The position numbers and the translations under genes were made by a program. Under the pieces are notes generated by a model. It was not told the DNA's origin and searched no databases. It saw only the letters and a program-made list of their open reading frames with translations. A DNA stretch of 64,000 nucleotides, taken from an uncultured Planctomycetales bacterium. Lineage in GTDB: Bacteria > Omnitrophota > Gorgyraeia > Zapsychrales > Fredricksoniimonadaceae. Shown piece by piece: positions 63,202 through 64,000 of this stretch. The stretch lies in contig CAZOXU010000004.1 of the NCBI GenBank assembly GCA_964583975.1, forward strand, positions 6,100 to 70,099, written 5' to 3'. The stretch's first letter is position 1. Each line of letters opens with the position of its first letter.

Positions 63202-64000
63202 ATGCCAAACCGTAAACCTGTTGATATTAATTTAAATACACCCAAAGAAGCCTTTTGCAAAGAAGAGCTTAATAAGCTGGCCAGTAGTGGTTTTTCTGGC
63301 AATCTTAAGGGTGATTTTCGTGATGCAAGCCGGGCTGATTTAGCCTGGGAATCAGAAGCTTTAGCTAAATCTCATGGAATTTATCTGGAATTTAATCGAG
63401 CCAAAACTGGTGAAGAAAAAGAATGGATTTATATGATCCGTATCTCTATTCCTGGTGGCGGGCCTTTAAATCGCCAGCAATGGAATACGATTGATCAATT
63501 AACTGAACGATTCACCAAGGACAGCGATGGCGTTCCCTCTATTCGCCTAACTAATCGTCAAAACATTCAATTTCACTGGATAAAGAAAGAAAATGTTGTG
63601 GAACTCATTAAAACCTTGGCTGAGTCAGGCCTTAACACCCTTAATGGCTGCGGGGACAATACCCGAAACGTCATGGGTTGCCCTATTTCACGTTTCTCTA
63701 AAATTTACAATGCCAATGCCATGGCTCAGCAGGCTGGCGCTTATTTCCAATTGCCCATTGAACCTTTTATTCAAATTTGGGAAATTGACCCTAAGTACAT
63801 CCGAAAACCCAATGAATCTTTTGCTTACGGTCCTAATCTATTAAACCGTAAATTTAAAATTGCCTTTTCTGGTATCCATGAAAACGCCAACGGCCAATTA
63901 ACTGTTGATAATTGCGTGGAAGCCCTCACCAATGATATGAGCGTTGTTCCGGTGATCAAAAATAATAAGCTCGTTAAATTCCAAATTTATATTGGTGGTG
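63202..64000 (+). CDS. sulfite/nitrite reductase family hemoprotein (siroheme plus 4Fe-4S), N-terminal 266 codons; the gene continues beyond the right edge
   Basis: Hand translation shows no stops through the window end. SIRLTNRQNIQFHWI matches the NIR/SIR ferredoxin-like half-domain signature, and it is followed by NGCGDNTRNVMGCP. The track omits it because it is open-ended. Confidence 0.6.
   Translation, partial: MPNRKPVDINLNTPKEAFCKEELNKLASSGFSGNLKGDFRDASRADLAWESEALAKSHGIYLEFNRAKTGEEKEWIYMIRISIPGGGPLNRQQWNTIDQLTERFTKDSDGVPSIRLTNRQNIQFHWIKKENVVELIKTLAESGLNTLNGCGDNTRNVMGCPISRFSKIYNANAMAQQAGAYFQLPIEPFIQIWEIDPKYIRKPNESFAYGPNLLNRKFKIAFSGIHENANGQLTVDNCVEALTNDMSVVPVIKNNKLVKFQIYIGG

Overview
AT-rich bacterial chromosome segment with a diderm (LPS-producing) gene complement. 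About 90% of the genes are on the minus strand and the content is almost entirely housekeeping. I found no rRNA or tRNA genes, no CRISPR array, and no transposase, integrase or phage genes.

Gene content, left to right: the 5' half of the F-type ATP synthase operon (atpI-B-E-F-H, and atpA running off the window); a heme and molybdenum-cofactor cluster (hemH, hemA, a P1B-4 heavy-metal ATPase, DUF2231, mobA, moeA, hemY, hemE, hemN); a TMTC-like TPR membrane protein; type-B succinate dehydrogenase/fumarate reductase sdhCAB; ruvB, scpA, trpS, infB, nusA, rimP, proS; an orphan CpaF-like ATPase; rseP-dxr-cdsA-uppS; an OmpA-family lipoprotein; purA; serA with a class-V aminotransferase; clpP with a truncated trigger factor; the Kdo/LPS-export locus (lptB, an LptA/C-like protein, kdsC, kpsF, kdsA, kdsB, heptose kinase); DoxX; a plus-strand B12-radical-SAM plus ferredoxin operon; then a large respiratory operon (coxA-coxC-coxD-coxB, Rieske, a fused cytochrome b6/SUIV-triheme-c, ctaA, ctaB, DUF420) preceded by a pseudoazurin-like cupredoxin and two small membrane ORFs I found by hand; and finally a transglutaminase-like protein, acs, an isochorismatase-like hydrolase, sodC, xth, DUF502 and an open-ended sulfite/nitrite-reductase hemoprotein gene at the right edge.

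I cannot place the lineage confidently. The Bacillus/Planctomycete-style fused bc complex together with an LPS pathway excludes typical Proteobacteria and monoderm Firmicutes. Several proteins are minimal versions (trigger factor without PPIase domain, ProS without INS domain), which suggests a streamlined genome.

I did not find a classical defence or mobile system. The most unusual content is the single-operon bc-aa3 respirasome with its cupredoxin and small-ORF satellites, a P1B-4 ATPase carrying a novel Cys-rich N-terminal domain inside the heme cluster, and recurrent GC-rich palindromic hairpins in intra-operon spacers.
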